Assembly (NCBI GenBank): GCA_964344595.1
Contig: CAYFNV010000002.1
Location: forward strand, 148,289 to 212,288
Length of the DNA: 64,000 bases
Origin: an uncultured Nitrospina sp.
Lineage (GTDB): Bacteria; Nitrospinota; Nitrospinia; Nitrospinales; VA-1
Reading direction: 5' to 3'
Below are positions 38,922 to 48,324 of this stretch, piece by piece. Each line of letters begins with the position of its first letter. Position 1 is the first letter of the stretch. A program made the position numbers and the translations under genes. The notes beneath the pieces are model-generated. The model made no database searches, was not told the origin of the DNA, and saw only the letters and a program-made list of their open reading frames with translations.

Positions 38922-40919
38922 TTAGTTTTGTTGAACTATTTTTTTTCTTTTCACTGTTAACGCAAAAATATTTTTTTCTGAATCACCAGATGAAAGCAAA
39001 GTCGTTTTCCCTGTAACACCCGGAAAATTTTTAACATTTTTTAATCTTTCCAGCATCTTTATCCGGTTATCCGCTCCCGCCAAAATTTTTTTAATTACAA
39101 TATTTGCCGCATCATAAGCCTGGGCCGATAAATATGTGGGCTCTTCACCAAAGTTGGTTTTAAAATCCTCTACAAACTTTCGAACTTCTATTTGATGAGA
39201 ATTTGGATAGTAACCATCAACAAAATAAACAGTCTTTAAATATTTGCCACCCATTTTGACCAGCTCTGGAGAGTTCCATCCATTGGCACCCAGCAATATT
39301 GCCCTATTGATATTATAAAAAGCTAATTGTGGAATGATCAGGCCTACTTTATCATAAACACCGGGTATAAAAATCGCGTCATAACTCAATTCCAACGACA
39401 CTTTCAATTTTTCAACATCATCACCTGACCAATGGCCCATATCAATCAGCGGCCTTGATAATGCAGATGAGTCACTGAAGTCCGGTACAACACGATCACT
39501 CAATACCAGTTCCCGGGCGATTTTTTCAAGATCATCATCCTCAACTCCACCCAACTCCAGAATCTGTTTCTTAAAATCATTCTGGGAACGTTCATAACCA
39601 GCAATCGCAACTATCTCCCCACCCAATGACTCTACTTCATTTATAAAGGTATCTTTTAATTCCAATCCAAAAGGTTCATAAGGGTGCAGTACTGCAAACC
39701 GTTTTAGATGAAGAGTATTAACAGAATACTCTGCCAGAAACTTTGCCTGAATCCTTCGGGTCAACGCATTACGAAATAAAAAGGGATTCTCATCAACAAG
39801 ACCATGGGTTGATGCAGTGGGGGAAAATATAGGGATTTGATGCTTTCGTGCAATATCTCCAGCAATTTTAACCTCATCGCTCAACAGTGGACCAATAATA
39901 CCCACCACATTCGGACCATCTGACACATCAGAAATAATCTTATCAATTGGTAACTGGCTTCCCGAATCTCTCACTTCCAACGCCAGTTTTTCCCGTGCTT
40001 GAAAAGGAAGTTGGTTTACAGCAAGCTGAATGCCTTGCAATACTTTTTGACCTGTTAATGCAAGTTTTCCTGTTAATGGAAGCACAACACCAATTTTAAT
40101 CTTGGCTCTAGTATCAACCGCAGCATCATTTAAACGGCTTTCCATTTCATCCTTAACAGGATGGTTCGGAAATAATTCAATAAATTTTTTCAAGGTTGCC
40201 AGGTAATTTGGCATATCCCCTGTCGCACGGGAAAAAGAAACCCTCCTTAATAATAAAAGGTCCACGGGAAATCCATCGCCCAACTTTTGAATCAAGGCGG
40301 ACACCTTAGACTCATCAAGTTTTTCATTAATCAATCCCTCAGCAACCGATACGGCATTATTTCGAATCTCTTCATTCTCATTCTGCTGATATACTTTTCT
40401 TAGTTTGGTAAAAGCCCTTTCATAATCCATACGTCCGACATCAATCCGGGCCAGGTAAATCATCACGTTCCACTTACGCTTATTATCTGGAGTAGAACGC
40501 AAAACCATTTTAAACATGGACTCAGCGTTACCATAGTCTGCCAGTTCGTAGTAACAGACCGCCATGTTGAACCTTGATGAGTTTGCAAAAATTGAACGTG
40601 GAAAATTTTGTAAAAGTATCTGGTAAAATCGAATTGCTGTAGAATAGGATTTATTAGTCTGATCGATAGAACCAAGGCGGAAAAAGGCTTGATGACTTCT
40701 TTTTCCTGAAGGATTTTGTGACAAATAATCGTGGTAATAAGGCTTGGCACCAAGAAAATCCCCAGAATGAAACATGTGCTCGGCCTGCAAGAAAGGATCC
40801 TCGATAAACTCAGACTGTCCTTGATTATCGTTGTCCACAAGTAATTCTGGCGCAGCATAGATCAGCCCGTAGATACCAAGGTGGCAAAGCAAAATAAAAT
40901 TAAAAATTACCGTTTTCAT
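38922..40919 (-). CDS. Periplasmic TPR plus type-I periplasmic-binding-fold protein (LpoA/LppC-like architecture)
   Basis: About 665 aa from ATG 40919 (track TTG 40925). Signal peptide, then N-terminal TPR-like helices. C-terminal IGVVLPLTGKLALTGQKVLQGIQLAV... is typical of LivJ/LppC-fold proteins. Confidence 0.6.
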   Translation of the reverse strand: MKTVIFNFILLCHLGIYGLIYAAPELLVDNDNQGQSEFIEDPFLQAEHMFHSGDFLGAKPYYHDYLSQNPSGKRSHQAFFRLGSIDQTNKSYSTAIRFYQILLQNFPRSIFANSSRFNMAVCYYELADYGNAESMFKMVLRSTPDNKRKWNVMIYLARIDVGRMDYERAFTKLRKVYQQNENEEIRNNAVSVAEGLINEKLDESKVSALIQKLGDGFPVDLLLLRRVSFSRATGDMPNYLATLKKFIELFPNHPVKDEMESRLNDAAVDTRAKIKIGVVLPLTGKLALTGQKVLQGIQLAVNQLPFQAREKLALEVRDSGSQLPIDKIISDVSDGPNVVGIIGPLLSDEVKIAGDIARKHQIPIFSPTASTHGLVDENPFLFRNALTRRIQAKFLAEYSVNTLHLKRFAVLHPYEPFGLELKDTFINEVESLGGEIVAIAGYERSQNDFKKQILELGGVEDDDLEKIARELVLSDRVVPDFSDSSALSRPLIDMGHWSGDDVEKLKVSLELSYDAIFIPGVYDKVGLIIPQLAFYNINRAILLGANGWNSPELVKMGGKYLKTVYFVDGYYPNSHQIEVRKFVEDFKTNFGEEPTYLSAQAYDAANIVIKKILAGADNRIKMLERLKNVKNFPGVTGKTTLLSSGDSEKNIFALTVKRKKIVQQN

Positions 40920-40940
40920 AAACAAATTTTTGATTGCTAC

Positions 40941-42332
40941 TCAATCTCCATTTTTAGGCTTACCTTTTAACTTATGCTTCTCAATACGATATCTCATCGA
41001 ACGGAAACTGAGATTCAAGGCTTCAGCCGCTTTATTTATGATTCCATCAGAACGTACTAAAGCATTAGCTATCATTTTCTTTTCTATCTGTTCCAGGGTT
41101 TTCTCAAGGTCGATATTGTTCTGATCCAATTCAGGAACACTGACTTTTTCAAAAGATAACTGCCCAAGAAGCTCATCCGGCAAACTGACTTTACGAATGT
41201 TCTTCTCAGTCTCCAGAACAACGGCCCTTTCGATTACGTTTTCCAATTCTCTCACATTTCCGGGCCAAGGATAGCGCTCAAAAACTTTCAAGGCATCTGA
41301 GTCTATACCCTGAATATAAGTTTTATTGTGCCTGGTGTTATATTTTTTTATAAAAAAACTCACTAGTTTCGGGATATCTTCCTTGCGCTCTCTCAGTGGT
41401 GGTAAGTGAATAGGAATGACATTCAATCTGTAATATAAGTCTTCACGAAAAGATTTATCCTCAACCAATACAGACAGGTTGCTATTAGTCGCCGCAATGA
41501 TTCGCAAATCTACTGGTATAGGCTGAGTCCCACCCAGCCTCATGATTTCATTCTCCTGAAGAACCCTTAACAATTTTACCTGAGTCGATAACGGGGCATC
41601 ACCTATCTCATCAAAGAAGAATGAGCCTTTATTGGCAGACTCCATCAACCCTAATTTCATAGAATCTGCACTTGTAAAAGCACCTTTTTCGTGTCCAAAC
41701 AATTCACTTTCGAGCAGGTTTTCAGGCATTGCACCACAATTAATAGAAACGAAAGGATAATTCTTTCTATTGCCATTAAAATGGATGGCTTTCGCAATAA
41801 GTTCTTTACCAGTACCACTTTCTCCCGTAATCAATACCGTTGCTTTACTTTGCGCAACCTTGGCTACCAGATCAAATATTTTCTGTATCGGTTCTGATTT
41901 TCCGATGATATTTGAAATCTGAAAACGTTCATTTAAAGTATTTTTTAAAAACCTGTTTTCAGCTGTTAGTTTCCGCTTTTCTAAAGCGTTTTTAACAATC
42001 AGTTGAATGTCTTCAATCTTGAAAGGCTTGGAGATATAGTCATATGCACCCTTCTTCATTGCAATCACTGCAGTTTCAGCAGATGCATAAGCTGTCATCA
42101 TTACAACAGGAGTATCGGGGAGTGTATCTCTGGCTGCATCCAATACATCTATGCCACTGGAGCGCCCCATGCGAATATCTGTCAGAATCAGATCAAATTC
42201 ATTATCACGAATCTGCTTTATGGCTTTTTCGACACTGGGTGCAGTAACAACTTGATAGCCTTCCTCTTCAAGCATAATAACGAGGAAGTCCCTCAAGCTC
42301 TTTTCATCGTCCGCAACAAGAATGGAACTCAT
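40941..42332 (-). CDS. Sigma54-dependent response regulator (NtrC family)
   Basis: 463 aa. REC (ILVADDE...DLILTDIRMG), AAA+ (GESGTGKE, and GAFTSA in place of GAFTGA), C-terminal HTH (AAEALNLSFRSMRYRIEKH). Confidence 0.85.
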   Translation of the reverse strand: MSSILVADDEKSLRDFLVIMLEEEGYQVVTAPSVEKAIKQIRDNEFDLILTDIRMGRSSGIDVLDAARDTLPDTPVVMMTAYASAETAVIAMKKGAYDYISKPFKIEDIQLIVKNALEKRKLTAENRFLKNTLNERFQISNIIGKSEPIQKIFDLVAKVAQSKATVLITGESGTGKELIAKAIHFNGNRKNYPFVSINCGAMPENLLESELFGHEKGAFTSADSMKLGLMESANKGSFFFDEIGDAPLSTQVKLLRVLQENEIMRLGGTQPIPVDLRIIAATNSNLSVLVEDKSFREDLYYRLNVIPIHLPPLRERKEDIPKLVSFFIKKYNTRHNKTYIQGIDSDALKVFERYPWPGNVRELENVIERAVVLETEKNIRKVSLPDELLGQLSFEKVSVPELDQNNIDLEKTLEQIEKKMIANALVRSDGIINKAAEALNLSFRSMRYRIEKHKLKGKPKNGD

Positions 42333-42421
42333 AATAAGATTCTATCGCCATTCTTACCGGCAAATCAATAAAGGTTCACAAAAACTTATGCGAAATTCAA
42401 ATCAACCCGGGAAAAACCTTA

Positions 42422-43627
42422 TCAACGATTAAAGGTTTCCGCATAGAGCTTTAAACGAAGAGCGTTTAGTTTTATAAAACCATCTGCATCATCCTGACTA
42501 TAACCATGGCTTTCTTCAAAGCTTGCTATATTCTGGTTATACAGCGATTTTTCAGCTTTCCTGCCCGTGACAACACAATTACCTTTATATAATTTCAACC
42601 TTACCTCACCAGTAACATTGGCCTGAGCCTGATCAATGGTTTTTTGGAGAAGCTCCCTTTCAGGGGAGAACCAGAAACCGTTGTATATCATCCTGGCGTA
42701 TGTGGGAATTAGGGAGTCCCGTAGGAAAGCAATCTCTCGATCTAAAGTTATGGATTCAACCGCACGATGAGCCTCGTGCAAAATAGTTCCCCCTGGAGTT
42801 TCATAAACTCCGCGCGATTTCATACCTACAAAACGATTCTCTACAATATCAATACGTCCTATCCCGTTTTCGCCGCCATAGTGATTGAGACGTTCCAATA
42901 AAGTTGCGGGACTCATCCTCTCCCCATTTATGGCAACCGGGTTTCCCTGTTCATAGGAAATCTCAATATTAGTCGGCTTATCAGGGGCGCTTTCAGGGCT
43001 CACAGATAATAAAAACATATCTTCATGAGGTTCATACCAGGGGTCCTCCAACACTCCTCCCTCATAACTGATATGAAACAAATTGCGATCTGTACTATAG
43101 GGTTTATCCTTGGTAACTGGAACTGGAATCCCGTGCTTTATAGCATAATCAATCAAAGCAGTCCTGGAGTTAAGATCCCATTCACGCCAAGGTGCAATAA
43201 TCTTTATCTCAGGATTAAGGGTGTGATAAGCCAGTTCGAAGCGAACCTGATCATTGCCCTTACCCGTAGCACCATGTGATACTCCATCTGCGTCCTCTTT
43301 GTTGGCTATACGTATCTGTTCTTTGGAAATTAACGGCCTGGCAATCGAGGTACCTAAAAGGTAGTTATGTTCATAAAATGCATTGGCTCGAAGCATGGGG
43401 AAAACAAAATCTTTGATAAACTCTTCCCTCAAGTCTTCTATATAGACCTTACTGGCTCCTGTTGCGAGAGCCTTCTCCCTGACCGGCTCCAACTCCTGCC
43501 CCTGCCCCACATCGGCGGCAAAAGCTATGATCTCACATTCATATTTTTCCTTAAGCCATTTGATAATGACTGAGGTATCGAGACCTCCTGAGTAAGCCAA
43601 TACAATTTTCTTAATTTTTGATGACAT
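42422..43627 (-). CDS. argG: Argininosuccinate synthase
   Basis: 401 aa. [24 protein letters not shown]. Confidence 0.95.
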   Translation of the reverse strand: MSSKIKKIVLAYSGGLDTSVIIKWLKEKYECEIIAFAADVGQGQELEPVREKALATGASKVYIEDLREEFIKDFVFPMLRANAFYEHNYLLGTSIARPLISKEQIRIANKEDADGVSHGATGKGNDQVRFELAYHTLNPEIKIIAPWREWDLNSRTALIDYAIKHGIPVPVTKDKPYSTDRNLFHISYEGGVLEDPWYEPHEDMFLLSVSPESAPDKPTNIEISYEQGNPVAINGERMSPATLLERLNHYGGENGIGRIDIVENRFVGMKSRGVYETPGGTILHEAHRAVESITLDREIAFLRDSLIPTYARMIYNGFWFSPERELLQKTIDQAQANVTGEVRLKLYKGNCVVTGRKAEKSLYNQNIASFEESHGYSQDDADGFIKLNALRLKLYAETFNR

Positions 43628-43687
43628 AACCGTTTTCTTTCAAGTTAGAGAACCTAATAGTAGTTCCAAATTCAAATAAAAACCAAT

Positions 43688-44626
43688 TTACATAACAAGA
43701 GCATATTGGGCAGCACCCAGTAACGGAGTTGATTCATCCATCACCACTTTCACAGGAATTTTCGAAAGATAATTTTTGAACCTTCCCTTTGAAAGAAACG
43801 CCTCCATAAAACCCCCTTCATGCAACAAGGGAATGATCTTCGGGGCAATTCCCCCCCCAAGATAAACACCCCCCTCTGATAAATATTGCAACGCTAAGTT
43901 TCCTGACAAGGCTCCATACAGAGAAATGAACAACTCAACAGTTTTCTCACAAACAGGTGAATTTTTTGCGATAGCTTTTTCAACAATGGTAGCTGGAAAG
44001 TCAATAGTTTCTTTTTCAGCAAGTTTCGTCTTGAAAAAACGATATACATCCAATAAACCTGGGCCAGACAATACACGCTCAATACTGACTCGCGAATATT
44101 TTTTTTTCAAAAAAAACAAAAGCTCTGCTTCCAACTCATTTCTGGGAGAAAAGTCACAATGCCCTCCCTCAGAGCCCAAAACAGTATGCCTCCCATTTTG
44201 ATCGGGAATCAGGAAGGCCTGCCCCAAACCGGTTCCTGCAGAAACCACCGCTATCATTGCCTTATTAACCGGGTTGCCTTCCTGGATTACTTCAAAGGAC
44301 TCGGAATCTAAAAAAGGAACCCCATATGCCATAGCGACCAGGTCGTTAATCAGCCAAACCGCATCGACCTTCAAGCTTTTCTTTATACTCTCTGCTTCAA
44401 CCTGCCAGGAAAGATTGGTCAGCTTGCATTTTCCATCAATTACCTGACCAGCCACACCAAAGCAGGCCTTATCAATTCTCAAATCATTATTTTTTAAAAA
44501 AACTTCCAGCACCTCTTCGATACCAGAGAAACTCCTACTTTCATATCGATTTTCTCTAATTGAAAGCTTGCCATCAAAAAGAGCCAGATTTATCTTGGTT
44601 CCTCCAATATCACCTGCTAGAATCAT
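43688..44626 (-). CDS. glk: Glucokinase (Glk family)
   Basis: 312 aa. ILAGDIGGTK, GGGIAPKI. Sits in a pgi-tal-glk cluster. Confidence 0.8.
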   Translation of the reverse strand: MILAGDIGGTKINLALFDGKLSIRENRYESRSFSGIEEVLEVFLKNNDLRIDKACFGVAGQVIDGKCKLTNLSWQVEAESIKKSLKVDAVWLINDLVAMAYGVPFLDSESFEVIQEGNPVNKAMIAVVSAGTGLGQAFLIPDQNGRHTVLGSEGGHCDFSPRNELEAELLFFLKKKYSRVSIERVLSGPGLLDVYRFFKTKLAEKETIDFPATIVEKAIAKNSPVCEKTVELFISLYGALSGNLALQYLSEGGVYLGGGIAPKIIPLLHEGGFMEAFLSKGRFKNYLSKIPVKVVMDESTPLLGAAQYALVM

Positions 44627-44630
44627 CGTT

Positions 44631-45869
44631 TCACTTTAGAAATGAGCGTATGCGCTCGTCCAGCGCATTCTGGTCTTTAGTGAAAGACTGTAGCGCAGAT
44701 TGTGTCATTAAGTCATCAAGCGCGATTGACTCTGGCCATTCCGAAAGATTGGGAATTTTTCCATGGTTCCGCATTTTCTTCAAATCTTCATCGCTGAAAG
44801 AATGGAATAGATTAACTCCTCTTGCCTGTTCAGACAATTCATCACCTCGCATTGTATCCAGTTCAGGATTGGAAACCAGAGCATTCACAAAATTCTCGAA
44901 TTCGTCAGACAATTCCCAAAGCTCAGGAAAACGCTTGGCAAGAGCATGCTGAGGGTCAATGCCCGGTTCAATGACATCATCAATATGAGACACAACCTGT
45001 TCGGCTGATTTTCCCGACCCCTGAAACTCTTTCATTGCCGCAGGTGGAATGGTCAGCACATCTAATCCCGCTAGAAAAGCTACCTGTTCACCGTTTCTGA
45101 TACTAGCGGCAATCAATCGTGAACTCACATCTTTATGCTGATCACGAGCTGTTTTCAATGCACGTTGAGTTGCCAAAGTCACTTTTTCACCCACTAATTC
45201 ACCAGATCCAGCTTGGTGGTCTATAACCACCTGGTTCAGTCTACCCAGAAATACATTTACAAAGTCAGGGTTGGACAAACGTGCAGCCAAATAATTTTGT
45301 CGCACTGAAAACCCTAATGTAAAGTTTATGGGAATATTTTCCTGCCTTAAAGAGCGAACCGCCAGATATCCTTCAGGAGTTAATGGCACTTTGACAATAA
45401 AATATTCTGGGCAAACCTTGTAATACCTTCGACCGAAGTAGAGGGTACGCTCGATACTCCGGGAAACAGCTGGATGTAACTCTACACTGACTTTAACCTT
45501 GAAAGCCTGAACCAGGCGTAAAGCAATCTTGCAATTAATTACGAAACCCACTTCAAGGATCATTTCCTCTTCAGACAGATCCAAACCTTCCAGTTTAATT
45601 TTATGGATGGTGTCTTCAATAACCTTATCCATAATTCCACTTTGTACCACCTGGTTAGCGAGGGTATTATTGGTGGTCAAAGCTGTTAGCTCATCTTTCC
45701 AGATTGCCTGAGCTTTTTCCAACTCACCGGTATCAATCCACAACTCACTTCCAAGTGCTTTCAACCTTGCTAATAAAGGGTCTGATTCATTACCAGGTGA
45801 TTCTCCTTCAATTTTTTCAAAAGCCAGACCATGCAAAACCTCTTCCAGCTTTTGGCTCAAAGTATCCAT
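44631..45869 (-). CDS. tal: Transaldolase-family protein, atypically long
   Basis: 412 aa from ATG 45869 (AAAGGA SD; the track GTG 45905 has none). ELWIDTGE, TTNNT, VSVELHP, IVKVPLT (Schiff-base Lys), INFTLGFS, VFLGR. Confidence 0.7.
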   Translation of the reverse strand: MDTLSQKLEEVLHGLAFEKIEGESPGNESDPLLARLKALGSELWIDTGELEKAQAIWKDELTALTTNNTLANQVVQSGIMDKVIEDTIHKIKLEGLDLSEEEMILEVGFVINCKIALRLVQAFKVKVSVELHPAVSRSIERTLYFGRRYYKVCPEYFIVKVPLTPEGYLAVRSLRQENIPINFTLGFSVRQNYLAARLSNPDFVNVFLGRLNQVVIDHQAGSGELVGEKVTLATQRALKTARDQHKDVSSRLIAASIRNGEQVAFLAGLDVLTIPPAAMKEFQGSGKSAEQVVSHIDDVIEPGIDPQHALAKRFPELWELSDEFENFVNALVSNPELDTMRGDELSEQARGVNLFHSFSDEDLKKMRNHGKIPNLSEWPESIALDDLMTQSALQSFTKDQNALDERIRSFLK

Positions 45870-45959
45870 ATAATTATCCTTTCTAATTAGCCACTTGATG
45901 CCCACTGAAGCATGTGAGAGTGTGATTCGTCAAAGCCCCATAAGGGTCGTGTATTCTCA

Positions 45960-47267
45960 TTAAAAACCGGGCTTTCCCAAAAGCTTGAACATATTTCTTT
46001 TGTAAAACTCGACACCCGGCTGGTCAAAAGGGTTCACCCCATTCAAATAGCCAGTCATTGCAACCGCTCTCTCAAAAAAATAAAATATCTGGCCAAGAGA
46101 GAATGGAGTTCGATCTTTGATTTTCAACGTCATGTTGGGAACACCCCCTTCTTTATGAGCACTTGCCGTTCCCAGCCAGGCCTTCTCATTAACCGTATCC
46201 AGGGTTTCGCCGGCGAGGTAGTTTAAACCGTCTGCATCTTGATTAAAAGAAGGTATTTTCAATTTTCGTCTGGAAGACTCAAGAACCAAAAATGTCTCAA
46301 ATATATTGCGTTTTCCCTCCTGAATCCACTGGCCCATTGAGTGAAGATCTGAGGTAAATTCGACAGAAGCAGGAAAAATTCCCTTCAAATCTTTTCCCTC
46401 GCTTTCACCAGCCAACTGTTTCCACCAATCTGACAGATAATGAAATGCAGGCTGAAACGTTGCCAAAATTTCAGTGGTTTTCCCCTTATGATAAAGTAGA
46501 TGGCGTATGACTGCGTAATGATAAGAGTCGTTAAGATCCAAAGCAGGATTTGAATATAAAGATTCGGCGAAGCAGGCACCTTCCATCAATTCCTCAATAT
46601 TTATTCCCGCCACCGCCATTGGGAAAAGTCCTACAGGAGTCAATACTGAATATCTGCCTCCAACATCATCTGGAATCACAAAAGTTTTATAACCCAATTC
46701 ATCAGCAAGGCTTTTTAGTGCCCCTCTGCTGGAATCTGTTGTAACGACAATTCTATCCCTAGCTCCTTCAACACCGTATTTAGCCTCAATGATCTCCTTT
46801 AATAGTCGAAAAGCTATAGCAGGTTCTGTGGTAGTGCCTGATTTCGAAATCACGTTGAGACATATATCGCGGCATTCTATTAAGTCAAAAAGATCCGCAT
46901 GGTAATCTGAACTGATATTCTGCCCGGCAAAATATATTTCCGGTGTACCCTGCCTGCCAAACTGATTAGAAAAAGAGGAACTCAGATAAGTAATCCCAGC
47001 TCGTGAACCGAGATAAGAACCACCAATACCAACAACAATGAAAGCGTCACATAAACTACGAATGGTGTCAGCTACAGATGTGATTTCAGCCGCAATAGAA
47101 TCAGAAAAACTCGTGGGCAAGTTCGACCAACCTAAATATTCCGCTCCCTTACCAGAACCACTCTCTAACAAGTCATGGCACAGAGTAACTTGCGATTCCA
47201 GACCGTCAACTTCCTGGTCAGAAATGAAAGGTTTAAGATTTTCACCATCAAGAAAAAGATTTGACAT
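45960..47267 (-). CDS. pgi: Glucose-6-phosphate isomerase (short bacterial type)
   Basis: 435 aa. VVGIGGSYLGSRAG, ISKSGTTTEP, GGRYSVL. Confidence 0.9.
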   Translation of the reverse strand: MSNLFLDGENLKPFISDQEVDGLESQVTLCHDLLESGSGKGAEYLGWSNLPTSFSDSIAAEITSVADTIRSLCDAFIVVGIGGSYLGSRAGITYLSSSFSNQFGRQGTPEIYFAGQNISSDYHADLFDLIECRDICLNVISKSGTTTEPAIAFRLLKEIIEAKYGVEGARDRIVVTTDSSRGALKSLADELGYKTFVIPDDVGGRYSVLTPVGLFPMAVAGINIEELMEGACFAESLYSNPALDLNDSYHYAVIRHLLYHKGKTTEILATFQPAFHYLSDWWKQLAGESEGKDLKGIFPASVEFTSDLHSMGQWIQEGKRNIFETFLVLESSRRKLKIPSFNQDADGLNYLAGETLDTVNEKAWLGTASAHKEGGVPNMTLKIKDRTPFSLGQIFYFFERAVAMTGYLNGVNPFDQPGVEFYKRNMFKLLGKPGF

Positions 47268-47288
47268 AATTATTGAATAAAAAACCCT

Positions 47289-47876
47289 CTATTTTTCAGG
47301 TTTAAATTTATTGAACTTAGACCCCTCAAGAGTTAAGTTATACATTAGACCTTTCTGACCGAACACAAAAGCCACAATAGGGTCCTTTGCACTTACTGTA
47401 TCCAGGGAATCACCTGCACCTAGAGATATCAAAGCCACAGAACCATCCACTCCGGCTTTCCAACCATCACTCTTCCTGAATTTTCGCAATGCGTTCTCTG
47501 AAGTGAACACCAAAATAATAGTTTTTGTCTGGGCACCCAGTTGGAAACCTAGAGAGGCCGCAATTGTGTTGTAATACTCAACTGTCTTACCGTCTATTCT
47601 TAAAGCACCTTCACCATATTCTCCTCCTACAACAAACCCGGCCTTTATCACCTCGGGAAAAACAAGAACACCCTTTGCTTTATTTATAAAACTATCAGCT
47701 CCGGGAATCTCCTTATTAAAACGTTCTAAAGCTACATCCACACTGACATCTATTTCTCTAGCAGTAGCAGCAAATGTCACACCTGTGGAACCAATTAAAA
47801 TCACACCTACCAAAATATACCAAGTGAAATTTACAACGATTACTTGCCATAGTTTCAATATTTGCTTATGAACCAT
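47289..47876 (-). CDS. SYLF (Ysc84/DUF500) lipid-binding domain protein, secreted or membrane-anchored
   Basis: 195 aa from ATG 47876 (AAGGAA SD; the track start 47981 adds 35 unlikely residues). AKGVLVFPEVIKAGFVVGGEYGEGAL...ASLGFQLGAQ. Confidence 0.7.
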   Translation of the reverse strand: MVHKQILKLWQVIVVNFTWYILVGVILIGSTGVTFAATAREIDVSVDVALERFNKEIPGADSFINKAKGVLVFPEVIKAGFVVGGEYGEGALRIDGKTVEYYNTIAASLGFQLGAQTKTIILVFTSENALRKFRKSDGWKAGVDGSVALISLGAGDSLDTVSAKDPIVAFVFGQKGLMYNLTLEGSKFNKFKPEK

Positions 47877-48130
47877 GTTTATTCCTTTCTTATAACTTTT
47901 ATAAGACACAAGACTATTACAACATTTTGAATTTAGGCGGATCACATAAATTTCACAAAATAACCAAAAATTCACATTCAATATCTCACATTAACAAAGC
48001 CAACATAAATCCTATAATAAATACATAAAATTAACCCGCAAATTAAACCCTTTACAATATAACATTATCTGTTAATATAAAAGTAGTCTCAAATTCATAT
48101 ATGGTCATCTTGTAAACGTGGAGGTGCCAC

Positions 48131-48322
48131 ATGTTTTATGAAACAAGAGTTTTAGATGCATACGGAAACCTCAAGCAAGTTATTTCATCAAAGGAGTTAC
48201 AAGCCCGGCACTGGCAAAAGTTTCAAGAAGCGGAATCAAATCTAAGTATTTACCCAAAGAAAGACTCCAGTAAGCTGGAAAGAAAAAAGAGGGGTACCGA
48301 CCTATTATTGGATCATCACTAA
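48131..48322 (+). CDS. Small hypothetical protein
   Basis: 63 aa. GGAGG 6 nt upstream of the ATG. Hydrophilic, Lys-rich, no family recognised. Confidence 0.45.
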   Translation: MFYETRVLDAYGNLKQVISSKELQARHWQKFQEAESNLSIYPKKDSSKLERKKRGTDLLLDHH

Positions 48323-48324
48323 TA

